A program made the position numbers and the translations under genes. A DNA stretch of 64,000 nt from Mustelus asterias (Eukaryota). A model generated the notes under the pieces. The model searched no databases, was not told where the DNA came from, and saw only the letters and a list, made by a program, of their open reading frames with translations. Position 1 is the first letter of the stretch; each line of letters starts with the position of its first letter. Location of the stretch: NCBI RefSeq assembly GCF_964213995.1, contig NC_135823.1, positions 20,832,001 to 20,896,000 of the forward strand, in the 5' to 3' direction. Shown in pieces: positions 47,363 through 61,259 of the stretch.

Positions 47363-50300
47363 GTAATTTTAAAGATTCTCTTTATTTTAGTGTCCCCTCT
47401 CTTGATTAACATGTACAGAGAAATGTGTGTGGATGACTGGTGAAAAGGAGACACGCTGCAAATCTTCCGGCCTCAGGTTGATTTGGTGTCCTGCATCTCC
47501 CTGGAGATGAGGCCTATTTGGACCATTAGACCATAAGATATAGGAGCCAAATTAGGCCATTCGGCCCATCAAATCTACTCCCCCATTCAATCATGGCTGT
47601 TAAGTTTCTCAACCCCATTCTCCTGCCTTTTTCCTGTCGTTTTGATCCCCTCACCAATCAAGAAACTATCTATCTCCATTTTAAATACATTTAATGGCCT
47701 CCACAGCCTTCTGTGGCAGCAAATTCCAGATTCACCACTTCTGGCTGAAGAAATTCTTCCTCGTCTCTGTTCTAAATGGTCGGCCTTTTACTCTGAGGCT
47801 GTGCCTTCAGATCCTAGTCTCTCCAACTAATGGAAACATCTTCCCCATGTCCACTCTATCCAGGCCTTTCAGTATTCTGTAATCCTGGAAAACGAGCAGT
47901 TCTTCGGAACATTGCCCAGAGGCTCAGGAAGGATGTAACAATGGGGGGCGCATTTGACACGTGGTGATGCGGAACTTTAACCTGGAAAACAGAGCGCATG
48001 GGGAGATCGGGAGGCAGGAGCACACCGTGGCACCTAAGCAACAAGGGGCTGATCGAGCAGCAGCTCAGCGACCCTCCTTGAAATACACGACATCATAACA
48101 AGAATGAAGATCTTGTGTCTTCAGTCAAAGATGTTTATGTTTGGACAAATGCTCCATGGAAAACCTTCAACGAGTGAAGGATCAGAAGAGAACATTCGGC
48201 CCATCAAAAGTGGCTGCTCTCCCAACCCAGTATCCAATTGCATTTTGAATCCCCCGAATGTGTTTCACACTTGCCATCTTACTTCAGATTATTCTAGAGG
48301 TTTGCCAACCTTTGAATAAGGAGTCTTAAGGCCCTTCTCTCCCTTGGACTACCAGAGCTTCCAAGGTTTTCTATTGAACATTTCTTGACCAGAGTTACAC
48401 TGTACTTGAGGTCTGGAGGGGTGGGTAACTTCAATGTGAAGGAGTCAAATTCACATTTTTCTAGTATCTAATTTTAAATTAATCTTCAATAATTGAAATT
48501 TATCCCTGTGCCCCACGCGGTGGCCCAGTAGTTAGCACTGCTGCCTCATAGCGCCAGGGTTCGATTCCTGGCTTGGGTCACTGTCTGTGTGGAGTTTGCA
48601 CATTCTCCCCGGGTCTGCGTGGGTTTCCTCCAGGTGCTCCGGTTTCCTCCCACAGTCCAAAGATGTGCGGGTTAGGTGGGTTGGCCATGCTAAATTCTCC
48701 CTTAGTGTCAAGTGGACTAGCTAGGGTAAATACATGGGGTTATGGGGTAGGGCCTGGGTGGGATTGTGGTCGGTGCAGGCTCGATGGGCCGAATGGGTGC
48801 CTTCTGCACTGTATGATTCTAAGTAATATTTTTGTTCTCTATATCTTTGCCTTTCAATTCTTTAACTATATCAATGTGATTTAATCCGAACTCCCCTCAT
48901 AATCTTATCTATTTTTTCTTTCTAGACAGAGGTTAATACCTACTCAGGCAAACTTTTTTTTTCTCGTTCTGACTACCTGAAGTAAGAAGGCCTACACCCT
49001 CACTGGGTTGCACATTTGCATAGCAACAGGAGTAGGCCCATCAGCTGCTCACAGCTGATTGAGACATGACTTTATTGCATGTGGGATGTACAGAATCCAA
49101 AATTGAATATTAAAAAAAAACAAGCCCATGTATGGTACAATGAAAGACTGGACTGTTGCAGGGGCAAGAAGCAAAGCCAGAGAGAGGAAACCAAAATCAT
49201 TTGGTGGCATGGTGGCACACTGGTTAGCACTGCTGCCTCACAACGCCAGGGACCCAAATTCAATTCCGGCCTCGGTCACTGTCTGTGTGGAGTTTGCACA
49301 TTCTCCCCATATCTGTGTGGGTTTCCTCCGGTTTCCTCCCACAGTCCAAAGGTATGAAGGTTAGGTTAATTGGCCATGCTAACTTGACTCTTGGTGTCAA
49401 GGGGATTAGCAGGGTAAATGTGAAGGGTTACAGGAATAGGGCCTGGGTGGGTTTGTGCTTGGTACAGTCTCAATGGGCCGAATGGCCTCCTTCTGCACTG
49501 TAGGGATTCTATGATATTTAGGAAAAGAGAAGTTCCTCACTGACTTGTGGGCGGCCTGGTGGCCCAGTGGTTAGCACTACTGCCTCACAGCATCAGGGAC
49601 ACACATTCAATAGGATGGGGAACACACAGACTTCTGTTAGAGAATGCACATTTGTGGATATTTTTAAACTCATTTCCACTATATGGGCATTGTATGCAAG
49701 ACTATCCTTCATTGCCCGGCTTGGATTACCCTGTGGAATTCACTGCCATAGAGGGCTGCGGAGGCCAGGTCATTGAGTGTCTTTAAGACAGAGATAGATA
49801 AGTTCTTGATCAATAAGGAGATCAAGGGTTACGGGGAGAAGGCAGGAGAATGGGGATGAGAATCATATCAGCCATGATTGAATGGCGGAGCAGACTTGAT
49901 GGGCTGAATGGCCTAATTCTGCTCCTGTGTCTTATGGTCTTATGGTTTGATACAATTTTATGGGCACGGTGGTTAACACTGCTGCCTCACAGCACCAGGG
50001 AACTGTGTTCAATTCCGGCCTCGGGTGACTGTCTGTGTGAAGTTTGCACGTTCTCCCCGTGTCTGGGTGGGTTTCCTCTGAGTGCTCCGGTTTCCTCCCA
50101 CACTCCAAAGATGTGTGGGTTAGATGGATTAGCCAAGGCAACTTGCCCCTTAGTGTCAGGGGAATTAGTGGGGTAAATACGTGGAGTTATGGGGATAGGG
50201 CCTGGATGGGATTGTTGTCTGTGCAGGCTCGATGGGCTGAATGGCTTCCTTCTGCACAGTAGGGATCGTATGATTCTATAACTTCGTAAGACAATCCTGC

Positions 50301-51654
50301 AGGTTTCAGAATCTTACAGCTCCAACATAGAATCATAGAATCTCTACAATACAGAAGGAGGCCATTCGGCCCATCGAATCTGCACCAAACACAACCCACC
50401 CAGGCCCTGTTCCCGTAACCCCACATATTTATCCTGCTAATCCCCTTGACACTAAGGTCAATTTACCATGGTCAATCAACCTAACCTGTACATCTTGGGA
50501 GTGTGGGAGAAAACCGGAGCACCCGGTGGAAACCCACGCAGACACGGGGAGAATGTGCAAATTCCACACAGACAGTGACACAAACCAGGAATCAAACCTG
50601 GGTCCCTGGCGCTGTGAGGCAGCAGTGTTAACCATTGTGCCACCGTGCCATCCATGATGGGGGTGGGGCAGGGAAATGCAGCAAGCCGTTCACTGTGGGT
50701 TGATGAATTCACTGTGGATCCTTCACAGGAAGATCCCATGGACAACCCGTTGGATCGTGTTAACCCTGAGCACAAAGTGTGACAGTAAATTTTTCATTTG
50801 TCTAGGGGATGTGGGCATCACTGGCTGGGCCAGCGTTTATTGATCATCCCTAATGACCCTTGAAATGAATGGCTTGCTGGGACATTTTCAGGGGACATTT
50901 AAGAGTCAACCACATTGTTGTGGGTCTGAAGTCATGTGTAGGCCAGACCGGGTCCTTCCCTGAAGGGAACCAGATGAGTTTTTATGGTTTCATGGTCATC
51001 ATCTTGACTTTTGCTGTGGTAGGATTTGAACCCAGATTCTCAGAGTATTACCGTGGGTGTCTGGATTACTGGTCCAATGACAACACCACTGCGCCACAGC
51101 CTCCCCTTAGATTTAGTATTGGACTTGATTGAATTGGCCAGGCTCCTACATGAAGAATGGGCACTTAAGCAGGATACTAGAGAGCAGCTGGCATCTATGA
51201 AACTCTACCCAGCGTGAATCAGAATCGCCAATGTTCCAAAACCTGGTGGATAATACGTTTACTACAGGTTAGCAGTTGTCCCTCATAAATCAATTAAATC
51301 CCGATTCTGACTCATAGTTAAATTATTTGTTGCATTTTCCAGGACACCTAGTGACCATGGGCATTGTTTTTACACGGGCAAACAGTCTCACAGTAGACAA
51401 GATGGGGCTATAAAATGATGGACTCATCGCTGTCAGATATTGGGCCAGATTAAAAAATGGGCGTCTCAGAAACTGTGTTCATTATTCCACGTAACCTCTG
51501 CCCATAAACTGAAAACATCCAATCGGAAAATCCAGGCATGTGGTATAGATATGGGTGGGACCGTTTTGGTCTTCCGGCTTTGAACTGGATGATTGGTATA
51601 TGTTCAGTGTAGTATATGCCACAGCACATGTCTCGTACCTTCACGTACCACTAG

Positions 51655-51790
51655 GTGTAAGAGCAAGAAGAAAGCCTTTACTAAATACAGCAAGAAATGG
51701 CAGGACGAAGCGGGGAAAAAACAGCTCGACAAAGATTTTGAAGCCATGAAGAAGTATTGCAAAGTCATCAGAGTCATCGTCCACACTCAG
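51655..51790 (+). CDS. RPL3L: RPL3L exon 4
   Basis: [45 protein letters not shown]. Confidence 0.96.
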
Positions 51791-53068
51791 GTGGGAACTG
51801 TTCTCTTTCTTCATTTTCCATATTTATCTTTCCCATGTCTAGCCACTCATATTTATAATGCACATTCCACAACAGGGAGCAGAGTAGGTATGATTCTCAT
51901 GCAGTGCTGCACAATAGGCTGCCTACATAGCACTTAGAGGTTTGCAGCATGGAAACAGGCCCTTCGGCCCAACTTGTTCATGTTGCTCAGTTTTTAATCA
52001 CGAAGCGAGTCCCAGTTGCCCGCATTTGGCCCATTTCCCTCTATACCCATCTTATCCATGTGACTGTCTAAATGCTTTTTAAAAGACAAAATTGTACCCG
52101 CCTCTACTACTACCTCTGGCAACTCACCACCCTCTGTGTGAAAAAATTGCCCCTCTGGGCCTTTTTGTATTTCTCCCCTCTCACCTTAAACCAATGACCT
52201 TTAGTTTTAGACTCTCCAGGCATGGAGAGTCTGAGGGATTGTGGGGTGATGAGGGTGCTAACATTAAGGCTTGGTTGACATCATTATCAGCACCATTATG
52301 ATTAGCAAAAATGGTAGCTGAGAAATTGGTTAAAATGTTAATCCCTTGCAGACAGTGGGCAGGATGTTCCTCCTCTCCGCGGCGTGATTGGAGGTGGTGG
52401 GAGGTGGTGTGCCCTTCACTGGTGGTGGGATCTTATGGTCCTGCTGTTGTCAACGAGGTTTCCCGTTGAATACACCCCTCACTTCCGGGAAACCCATGGT
52501 GGGAGTGTGCGTCGGCAAGAACGCCAGCAAGATTCCGGCCTGTATGTTTGAAATGGAACCTATCCTTTACATTTTATGTACAGCTGCTAAATGTTAAGTG
52601 AACGCAATCAGATTACAATTCGTATTCGGTTACTGTTCATTGGCATTTCATTCTGAATTTGTGCTCACAAGTATTATCTATGAACAGCATAAACTTCAAA
52701 CTTTGGGCGGCACGGTGGCACAGTGGTTAGCACTGCTACCTCACAGCACCAGGGACCTGGGTTCGATTCCCGGCTTGTCTGTGCAGAGTTTGTACATTCT
52801 CCCCGTGTCTGCGTGGGTTTCCTCCGGGTGCTCCGGTTTCCTCCCACAGTCCAAAGATGTCCGGGTTAGGTGGATTGGCCATGCTAAATTGCCCCTAGTG
52901 TCAGGGGGACTAACTAGGGTAAATGCATGGGGTTATGGGGATAGGGCCTGGGTGGGATTGTGGTCGGTGCAGACTTGATGGAGGCCGAATGGCCTCCTTT
53001 TGCACTGTTGAATTCTATGATTCAACTCTTGTACAGCTTAGCAACAGCACTGATTTGCTCTTAGGATT

Positions 53069-53199
53069 AAAGCATGAAAGCAAATTACTGCGGATGCTGG
53101 AATCTGAAACCAAAGAGAAAATGCTGGAAAATCTCAGCAGGTCTGGCAGCATCTATAAGGAGAGAAAAGAGCTGATGTTTTGAGTCCGGATGACCCTTT
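53069..53199 (-). mobile_element. Short Penelope-type element (same family as 1834)
   Basis: 15-bp TSD tttgctcttaggatt at 53054-53068 and 53197-53211. Confidence 0.75.
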
Positions 53200-56022
53200 G
53201 CTCTTAGGATTGTTTGATGTCATGCTAGGGTTGGGATTAGGAAAGACATTTGTGTGTCCTTGGGCTGGCATGGACAAGATGGACCGAGTTGGCTCCTTCT
53301 GTGCTGCAACCTTTCCACGGCACATATGGTTTTGTCAAGTGTTTAACAGATAAAAGTTTGATCAGTTCTAAATCTGCTTGCTCGCATATATTGTTAAAAC
53401 ATGCGTCACTGTGCCAAGCTCTGCTGGATTTGTGCTTTAATGTTTAGGAGAGAGGCCAGACAGGATAAAAATCAGGTCATGCTGAGGTCACGCTGTGCAC
53501 TTCAGAGTCTGTGGGATCAGATTTGGCATAATGTACATCTGATGTAAGCATCTATGGCATTATTATACAGCCCACATTTAGTATGGTGCATTACCTCTCA
53601 TGTTATGAACATTGTTGACAGTTTTCATTGAAGATGTTCTATCGATAGGACAAGGGCTAGATTTTATTGTGTAACTTACTTAGTTATATATTCCTTATAG
53701 AGTAGTTGTACCATATTTTACTTTCCTATGAGCCTGACAACATACAACAACAGTAATGAGTTGCATTTATACAGTGCCTCTGAGACAATTGAATTTCCCG
53801 AAAGAGTTCACATGGGTGAAAGTAATTGAGTGAAAGTAATCAAACACTAGAGAAAGGTATCTGGGGAATTGAGAATCAGGGGCCCAGAAGGTAAAGGCAG
53901 TAAAAAAAGGGGGAATTAAGAATAATGGTCCTAACTGTTTGTTTCCTTCGGGGTGGGGGTCACACTCTCAGAATAAAGAATTGGCCTTTTAAGATGAGTA
54001 GAAATTTCTTCTGTCAGAGAGTTGTGAACATTTTGCGTTCTCTACTGCAGTGACCTGTGGAAGCTCAGTCATTGACTAAATTCAAGAGAGACACTGATCG
54101 ATTTTTGAATATTGAGGGAGTTGAGGGATAGTGCAGAAGGTGTAGTTGAGGCCGTTATCTCACTGAGTGTGGAAGCAAAGTGGAAGGGCCGAGTGGCCCA
54201 TTCCTGCCCCTGTTTCTTGTGGTCTTATGCAAAGAATGGCGAACAAAGGTGTTATCAAAGAAGAAGATTTTGAGGAGGCTTTTGATGAAGGGGGTTAAGG
54301 TAAAGTCGCCTGATGACCATAGGCTGCTCTCCCCTTTGAGTTTTTAAGTTTATTAGTGTCACAAGTCGGCTTACATTAACACTGCAGCGAAGTTACTGTG
54401 AAAATCCCTTAGTCGCCACACTCCAGTGCCTGTTCGGGTACACAGATGAAGAATTTAGCGATCAATGCGCCTCACTGAGTTCGGACTGTGGGAGGAAACC
54501 GGAGCACCCGGAGGAAACACCCACAGACACAGGGAGAATGTGCAGACTGCGCACAGACAGTGACCCAAGCCGGGAGTTGAACCCGGGTCCCTGGCGCTGT
54601 GAGGCAGCAGTGCTAACCACTGTGCCACCATGCTGCCCCCTCAGTCAGGAACCTGACACCTGACATTTTGAAAATCTTGTCCATGGTGCGGCCGAGATGC
54701 AACTTAAAATGGCCTGCAGCCGAGAGGCTGCCAAAAACAACATTAGGCTCGAGAGATGACAGGCCAGTCATAATACACACACTTACAGTGAAGAAAAGTC
54801 AATGGTTTTTCTGCCAGGAGTTTGGATTCCGAAGGGTGAGTGGTCGGTGAGGTGTTATCTGATATATCTAATCTGATTAAACAGATTCAAACTGCATCAC
54901 AATTTTGAAATGACTGCCATTCCTCATGCCATTTAATGTTTTCTGCCTTCCTCCCTGTCACAGACCAACCCCATCCCACTCTCCCCATCTCTTTACTTCC
55001 TGAAAAATCCTTAACTCCTGAATGTTCCCCCGTTCTGACGAGTGGCCAGCGATCAGAGAGATCAGCTGGAAATTTCATGGAGGTGGCACAGGTCCCAGTG
55101 CCAAAAGTAGGATGCCACCCTGCTTCAGCCAATGGTGAGACCGAGGAGGTATTGACAATTAAGTGGCCGTTGCCAGGGGCCGCCTCGGAGCTGCTGATCC
55201 AATCAGATGGCTGGGCTGATCATCACATCAGCAACCTTAACAGCGCCGCTGGTAGGCCCTTGGCAATGGGGGTGGGGAGTGTGGTCTTTGTGCTGTTTCC
55301 CTGAGGGTGGCCCTTGCTGCCAGGGGCCTCTTCATGGGCCCTGGAGCACCCAATAACTAGAGGGCCTACCACAAAACCCCCCCCCCCGCCGCCGCACTGG
55401 AACCCATTGGGGCACTGCCAGCCTTGCACCTTGCAGTCTCCTCACATGGCAGTCAACCCTCTTGATGTGGGCAAAGTGCCCATGGAGGTGAGATTATGGC
55501 CTTTAAATTGGCCACTCAAGCAGCTTAATTGACCTCTTGGAGAGCGGCCAATCTGTCAATATTTCTGTCACTGCCCAATGGCAGTGCAGTGTGCGGGGCT
55601 GGTAAAATTCCAGCCATTACCCCTGCTTTCCCGCTACAGATGCTGGCTGACCCGCTGAGGATTTCCAGCACTTTCTGTTTCTATTTATAGTCACAAGGTT
55701 GTGAAGCAAGCGTCTTAATTATGAAACTGCTGAGGCAACTCTATTTTCTGACACAGAGCCAATCACCACCAGATTGAATGTGCACCGATGGAAGACAAGG
55801 GCGGGGTGAGGAGGGAGCGATCTTTTCTTGTTATAGACTGGGTGGGATGGCTGATCTCACACCAGCTTGGCATTCCTGCTTTTGTCCTCCCAAGAAATGG
55901 AATCTTAACGTTACTTACCTCTTTTGTCATCTTTTGAAAATGTGTGGTAAAATTTGAATCCAGAAAATGGCTGGATTTATGGCTTCATTTCCACCATCTT
56001 CAATAATAAGGAATATTTTCAG

Positions 56023-56758
56023 AGCCACCAACGCCTCTACTTTCTCAGGAGGGCGAAGGAAATTTGGCATGTCTGCTACGACTGTCACCAATGTTTACAA
56101 ATGCACCATAGAAAGCACCCTTTCCGGATGTATCACAGCTTGGTATGGCTCCTGCTCTGCCCAAGACCGCAAGAAACTACAAAGGGTCCTGAATGTAGCC
56201 CAGTCCATCACACAAACCACCCTCCCATCCATTGACTCTGTCTACACTTTCCGCTGCCTTGGAAAAGCAGCCAGCATAATCAAGGACCCCACTATATTGG
56301 GATACAGTGAAAAGTATAGTTTCTTGAACACTATACAAAAAAAGCATACCATTCATAGAGTACAATGGGGAGAAGGAAAAGAGAGAGCGCAGAATGCAGT
56401 GTTACAGTCATAGCTAGGGTGTAGAGAAAGATCAACTTAATGTGAGATAGGTCCATTCAAAAGTCTGATGGCAGCAGGGAAGGCACTGTTCTTGAGTTAG
56501 TTTCAGACTTTTATATATTTTTTCTGATGGAAGAAGATGGAAGAGAGTATGTCTGGGGTGCGTGGGGTCCTTGATTATGCTGGCTGCTTTGCCGAGGCAG
56601 CGGGAAGTGTAGACGGAGTCAATGGATGGGGGGGCTGGTTTGCGTGATGGATTGGGCTACATTCACAACCCTTTGTAGTTCCTTGCAGTCTTGGACAGAG
56701 CAGGAACCAGGTGATACAACCGGAAAGAATGCTTTCTATGGTGCATCGGTAAAAATGA
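56023..56758. mobile_element. L2/Rex1-type LINE 3' fragments in inverted orientation
   Basis: YKCTIESTLSGCITAWYG...RKKLQRV on + (56023-56291) and YRCTIESILSGCIT on - (56292-56758). Confidence 0.8.
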
Positions 56759-56843
56759 GGAAAGTACAAACTCCCCTCAAATTAAATACTTTGGTCATGG
56801 TTATATTGTCACTGACGTTTGAATGGTTTTACTTCCTCATTAG

Positions 56844-57030
56844 ATGAAGCTGCTGCCTCTGCGACAGAAGAAGGCCCACATCATGGAAATCCAACTGAAC
56901 GGAGGCACCATCGCTGAGAAAGTGGATTGGGCGCACGAGAAACTGGAGAAACATATTGCAGTGAGCACCATCTTCCATCAAAATGAAATGATCGATGTCA
57001 TTGGTGTCAGCAAAGGAAAGGGATTCAAAG
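56844..57030 (+). CDS. RPL3L: RPL3L exon 5
   Basis: [62 protein letters not shown]. Confidence 0.96.
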
Positions 57031-57154
57031 GTAACTCAGAGACTGGTTAATACTCCAGGATTCTTCAGCGGATCATTAGATAGAAATTAAAAATTGTCCC
57101 CATTCCATATCAAAAACTTACTAAAACTCACGAGTGTCAGTAGCCTAACACTCC

Positions 57155-57177
57155 TCTATATATATATATATATATAT
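57155..57177. repeat. (TA)n microsatellite
   Basis: Visible TA run. Confidence 0.9.
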
Positions 57178-58497
57178 GTGATTTTAGAATGTAACCAATG
57201 AGATCATTGGATCTGCTGTCATGTGACCAATGGTAACAGGTTGTAAGGGTCAGCTGACCCAGTAAACTTTGTAACCAATGACAAAATGATGTGATGGTCA
57301 GCTGACCATAAATAAAAACCTGTTGGGGCTTAGAATGGCCTAATGTGAGATCTCAAGTGTTGGAGTAATGAAGTTTCTTTATTAAACCTTTTTCTTTGAT
57401 TTATCTGTTGGAGTAAGTTTTGTTTCATTTTATTGTCTGTACCTGAAGAGTCCCTTCTGCTGGGTGAACAGGTGAGACTCACTGATTGGACAGGCAAACA
57501 TTACCTCAATCAGGGAGCTCATGGGCCACATTGAGGTCATTACAGAAGGTTAAGGCTTTTCCACTTACAGTTTTGTTCACAGTATTGCTCTCTATGGAGC
57601 CAAGCTCAAAGGGCTCGCAAGAACGCTTCAATACCCTTTACCCTCACTCATTGAAAAGACACAATCCAAAGAAACCTACATTCTCCAATAGTCCAGCCGC
57701 TAAAAGGATGTCCTCACATTAGTAAGGTTAAGAGTCCCTGAGGACATCATTCATTCAGATATGTTGTGTTGGGCTAAAACCTTTTAAGGCAATAAATTCC
57801 AGTGCCTGCATTTTTTTTATTGTTCATTCATGAGATGTGGGCATCCCTGGCTAGGTCAGCATTTATTGTCCATCCCTAATTGCCCTCGAGAAGGTGGTGG
57901 TGAGCTATCTTGAACCACAGGCCATGTGGTGCACAGTGCTATTAGTAAAGGAGTTCCAGGAATTTAACTCTGTGACAGTGAAGGAACAGCGATATATTTC
58001 CAAGTCAGGACAGTGAGTGGCTTGGAGGGAACTTGCAGGAGTTGGTGTTCCCATGTCATTCCAGTGGTATAATTATGTATGGAAAGTAGCTTAATAGAGG
58101 GTAGTGAATCACCAAGCATCCTTCGACAGCACCTTCCAACCTGTGACACCTATCACTTCGAAAAAATGTGGTTGAAACGTTTAAAGCAGTGTGTGGATTG
58201 GGTGCAGAATTATTACATGCAACAACTGGGAGATCATTGCGAGTTATCAAATTTACTTAATAGCAGATATGCATTTAAGAGATATATGGGTGGAATCTTC
58301 CAGCCGTTCATGCCGATGGGATTTTTCAGTCCCGCTGCAGTGAACGGGGATTCGGCTGAGCGCCAAATTCTCTGTCCTCGTTTGCAGCGGCAGCGGGCAG
58401 CGTGAATGGCCGGTAAGATCGCGCCCTTGGTGTAAAATATTCCAATCGTAACAAGTGAATGAAATGTAACGCCAACAACCAGATTTTCTCTTGTTAA

Positions 58498-58668
<171 letters not shown>

Positions 58669-59214
58669 TAGTTCAAATGCACCGGGAAGGTGTGTCTTAG
58701 AGCTTTATTCCAACTCCTCTGTTGCGTTAGGTTATGAAAGATACCATTATATTGAGTTGCCTCATGTAGCGAAAGGCTCAATTTGAAAGTAGAGCTTTGC
58801 GTGGATATGCAATCCACCGTGTAAAAGCAGAGCGTTGATCGGTTTGTGCTGAAGTACAGTTTCTACACAAAGACTGACCTCTGATCAAATAATTTGACCC
58901 TGGGTTAGTTGACTCAAGACTGTTGACTATTCCTTTCCATCAGTGCTATCATCCAAACATTGAGAGTCAATCACAGTTGCTTCGAAAATCATACAATATT
59001 TTAGCTTCAATTGGATTAATTCATGTTTTGTTTATTAGACTGGGCCATGTCATGTTTGCTATTGAGTCTTGTCATATGTCGGGGCAACCTATTGCAAAAA
59101 AACAAAACGGCTTCCTGTAATCTGCACAAATGAAGAGTAATTCGATTTAGGAGTTTTAGGCCTCGTGGGGTGAGATTCCCTTCATTTTTGATATTTTGTG
59201 GCAAATTATAAATT

Positions 59215-59268
59215 CTAAACAGAGTTATAACCCATACTAAACAGAGTTATAACCCATACTAAACAGAG
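59215..59268. repeat. 22-bp tandem duplication
   Basis: ctaaacagagttataacccata twice plus ctaaacagag. Confidence 0.9.
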
Positions 59269-59820
59269 GAAACCTGCCCCTATCCAATATGGTAGATTCT
59301 GCATGTTCCCAGAGTTCCATTCAGCATCAGACATGGGATTCTGTATTTGACTAAAAGTGAGACTACCGGGACTCCATTGGCCTGAACTGCAGCCTGAACC
59401 AGAATCCGTGGGGGGACTGCAGGACTTCCCTCACTCAAAGAGGAGGAGGTAAAGAAACAATTTTAAACCTGTAGCCCGACAAAATAAAAGATGGAGATTT
59501 ATGGGTTGGATTTCTGTTTGGGGTGGATTCGATCACAGGAAGTAGATCAGGTGGGATTTCTGTCTGCTGACCCAAGCTTCCTTTGAACATAATCTTGTTC
59601 CTCGGTCAGTCTTAATTCAAGGTGTAGGGTGGAGACCCGTCATAAACTCCACCATGCAAATGGAGCCTGTCACTTTAAGAAAGTAGAATCCAGTGGTCGT
59701 GTAGTGTGGCTCCCACTTCAATGTCAAATGGATGTAGGAGGCAGTGGTAAAATGGTCCTTTATAATCTCTGGCCACTGACACCTTGGGGCAAACCCTCTG
59801 GTCGTTTTATTTTGTTGGGC

Positions 59821-60047
59821 TATGATGCACCATCAATTTACGAGGACTCCAGCGAGTGAGTGAAAATAACAGGCTTTTAATCGCAAAGAACTGGAACACA
59901 TCCTTGTAGCTAGCCTGGCCCAGACTGAGGCAGGGGGGAGGAACTGTCACCTTTATACCTCGATCAGGTGGAAAGGGAGGAGTCTCGGGTCAGGTGCAGC
60001 AGGGGTGTGTCCAGGCATATAACATGTAATTACAGTGGGTCACCACA
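59821..60047 (-). mobile_element. Possible solo LTR (Gypsy-like)
   Basis: Degenerate inverted ends tatgatgcacc...ggtcaccaca; minus-strand TATAAA then ATTAAA; TSD imperfect. Confidence 0.4.
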
Positions 60048-61157
60048 GGCTACGGATTTCAACTTGTCTCTTTACCTCCTCGTCTTTGACCCAGGGAAAT
60101 CCTGCTATCCATTAATTATGGACATGCTGATTTTCCCTTACAAACTGAATTGATGTGAAACAAAGATTCTTTTAATGCCCATCCATAGTCACCACAAGAA
60201 GTGTGAATCTGAATTCAGAAGCTTGCATACATTTGTTAGAGTGTGAAGAAGAATAATAATTACTTTCAATACTGATCTGTAGACAAACAGGGCGGCCAAT
60301 TTTGTACACAGCAAAATCCAGAACTAACAAGTGAGACAGTTGTTGGTGGCATTCTTAAGGGAGGGAGTTGGCCTGAATATGGTGAGACTGTCTTACTTTG
60401 AATCATAAATCCCTACAGTGCAGAAGGAGGCCATTTGGCCCATTGAGCCTTCACCGACAATAATCCCACCCCAGGCCCTATCCCCGTAACCTCACATATT
60501 TACCCTGCTAATCCCCCTGACACGAAGGGGCAATTTATCATGGTCAATCCACCTAACCCGGACATCTTTGGAGTGCAGGAGGAAACAGGAGCATCCGGAG
60601 GAAACCCACGCAGACACAGGGAGAATGTGCAAAACTCCACACAGACAGTGACCCGAGGCCGGAATCGAACCCGGGTCCCTGTTGCTGTGAGGCAGCACTG
60701 CTAACCACTGTGCCACCTATCATGCCAGGGGCTCTCTTTAATTCCATTCAAAGAGTAAAGTGAACAGAGGCGTTATGGCTGGGTGGGTTGCATCCCTGCC
60801 TCTGAGCCAGAAACCCTGGGTTCAAGTCTCACTCCAGGATTTGTTAGCCACAGGAGGAGTGTTCATGATGTGGCCAAACGGTTGGGTAATCAACCTGCTA
60901 ATCCTTTCAACAGGCGCACGGCATGAGGTAAGGGCAGGAAAAATTGCAGGTCAATCATTCTTGATGTGAATTGGTGCCCCTCAAGCACTTATCCCTCTCA
61001 AACAGAGAGAGGTGCGTATGGACCCTTGTGGACTAATTATGGACAGATGGAAGGGTTGGAGCTGGGTCTTGGTTGAATAAAAGACTGCTGAATGTCTGCC
61101 TGACTATAAGGGACATTATAAGAAGTGCCTGACTGTGTTTTTCCTGGTACACATCAG

Positions 61158-61259
61158 ATATATCGCATTGGACGAGGTATCCACATCGAAGATGGCAAAT
61201 TAGTGAAAAATAATGCGTCCACTCATTACGACTTGACTGATAAAAGCATCACACCAATG
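61158..61259 (+). CDS. RPL3L: RPL3L exon 7 (gene continues beyond the window)
   Basis: [34 protein letters not shown]|gtgagt. Confidence 0.96.

Noticed and set aside
52704-52776. tRNA gene-like sequence with A and B boxes
   Set aside because: It is the head of the multi-copy V-SINE and continues into SINE body and tail
57190-57440. LTR-like stretch with repeated CCAAT and ggtcagctgacc
   Set aside because: Ends and TSD could not be defined, so it is not reported as a feature
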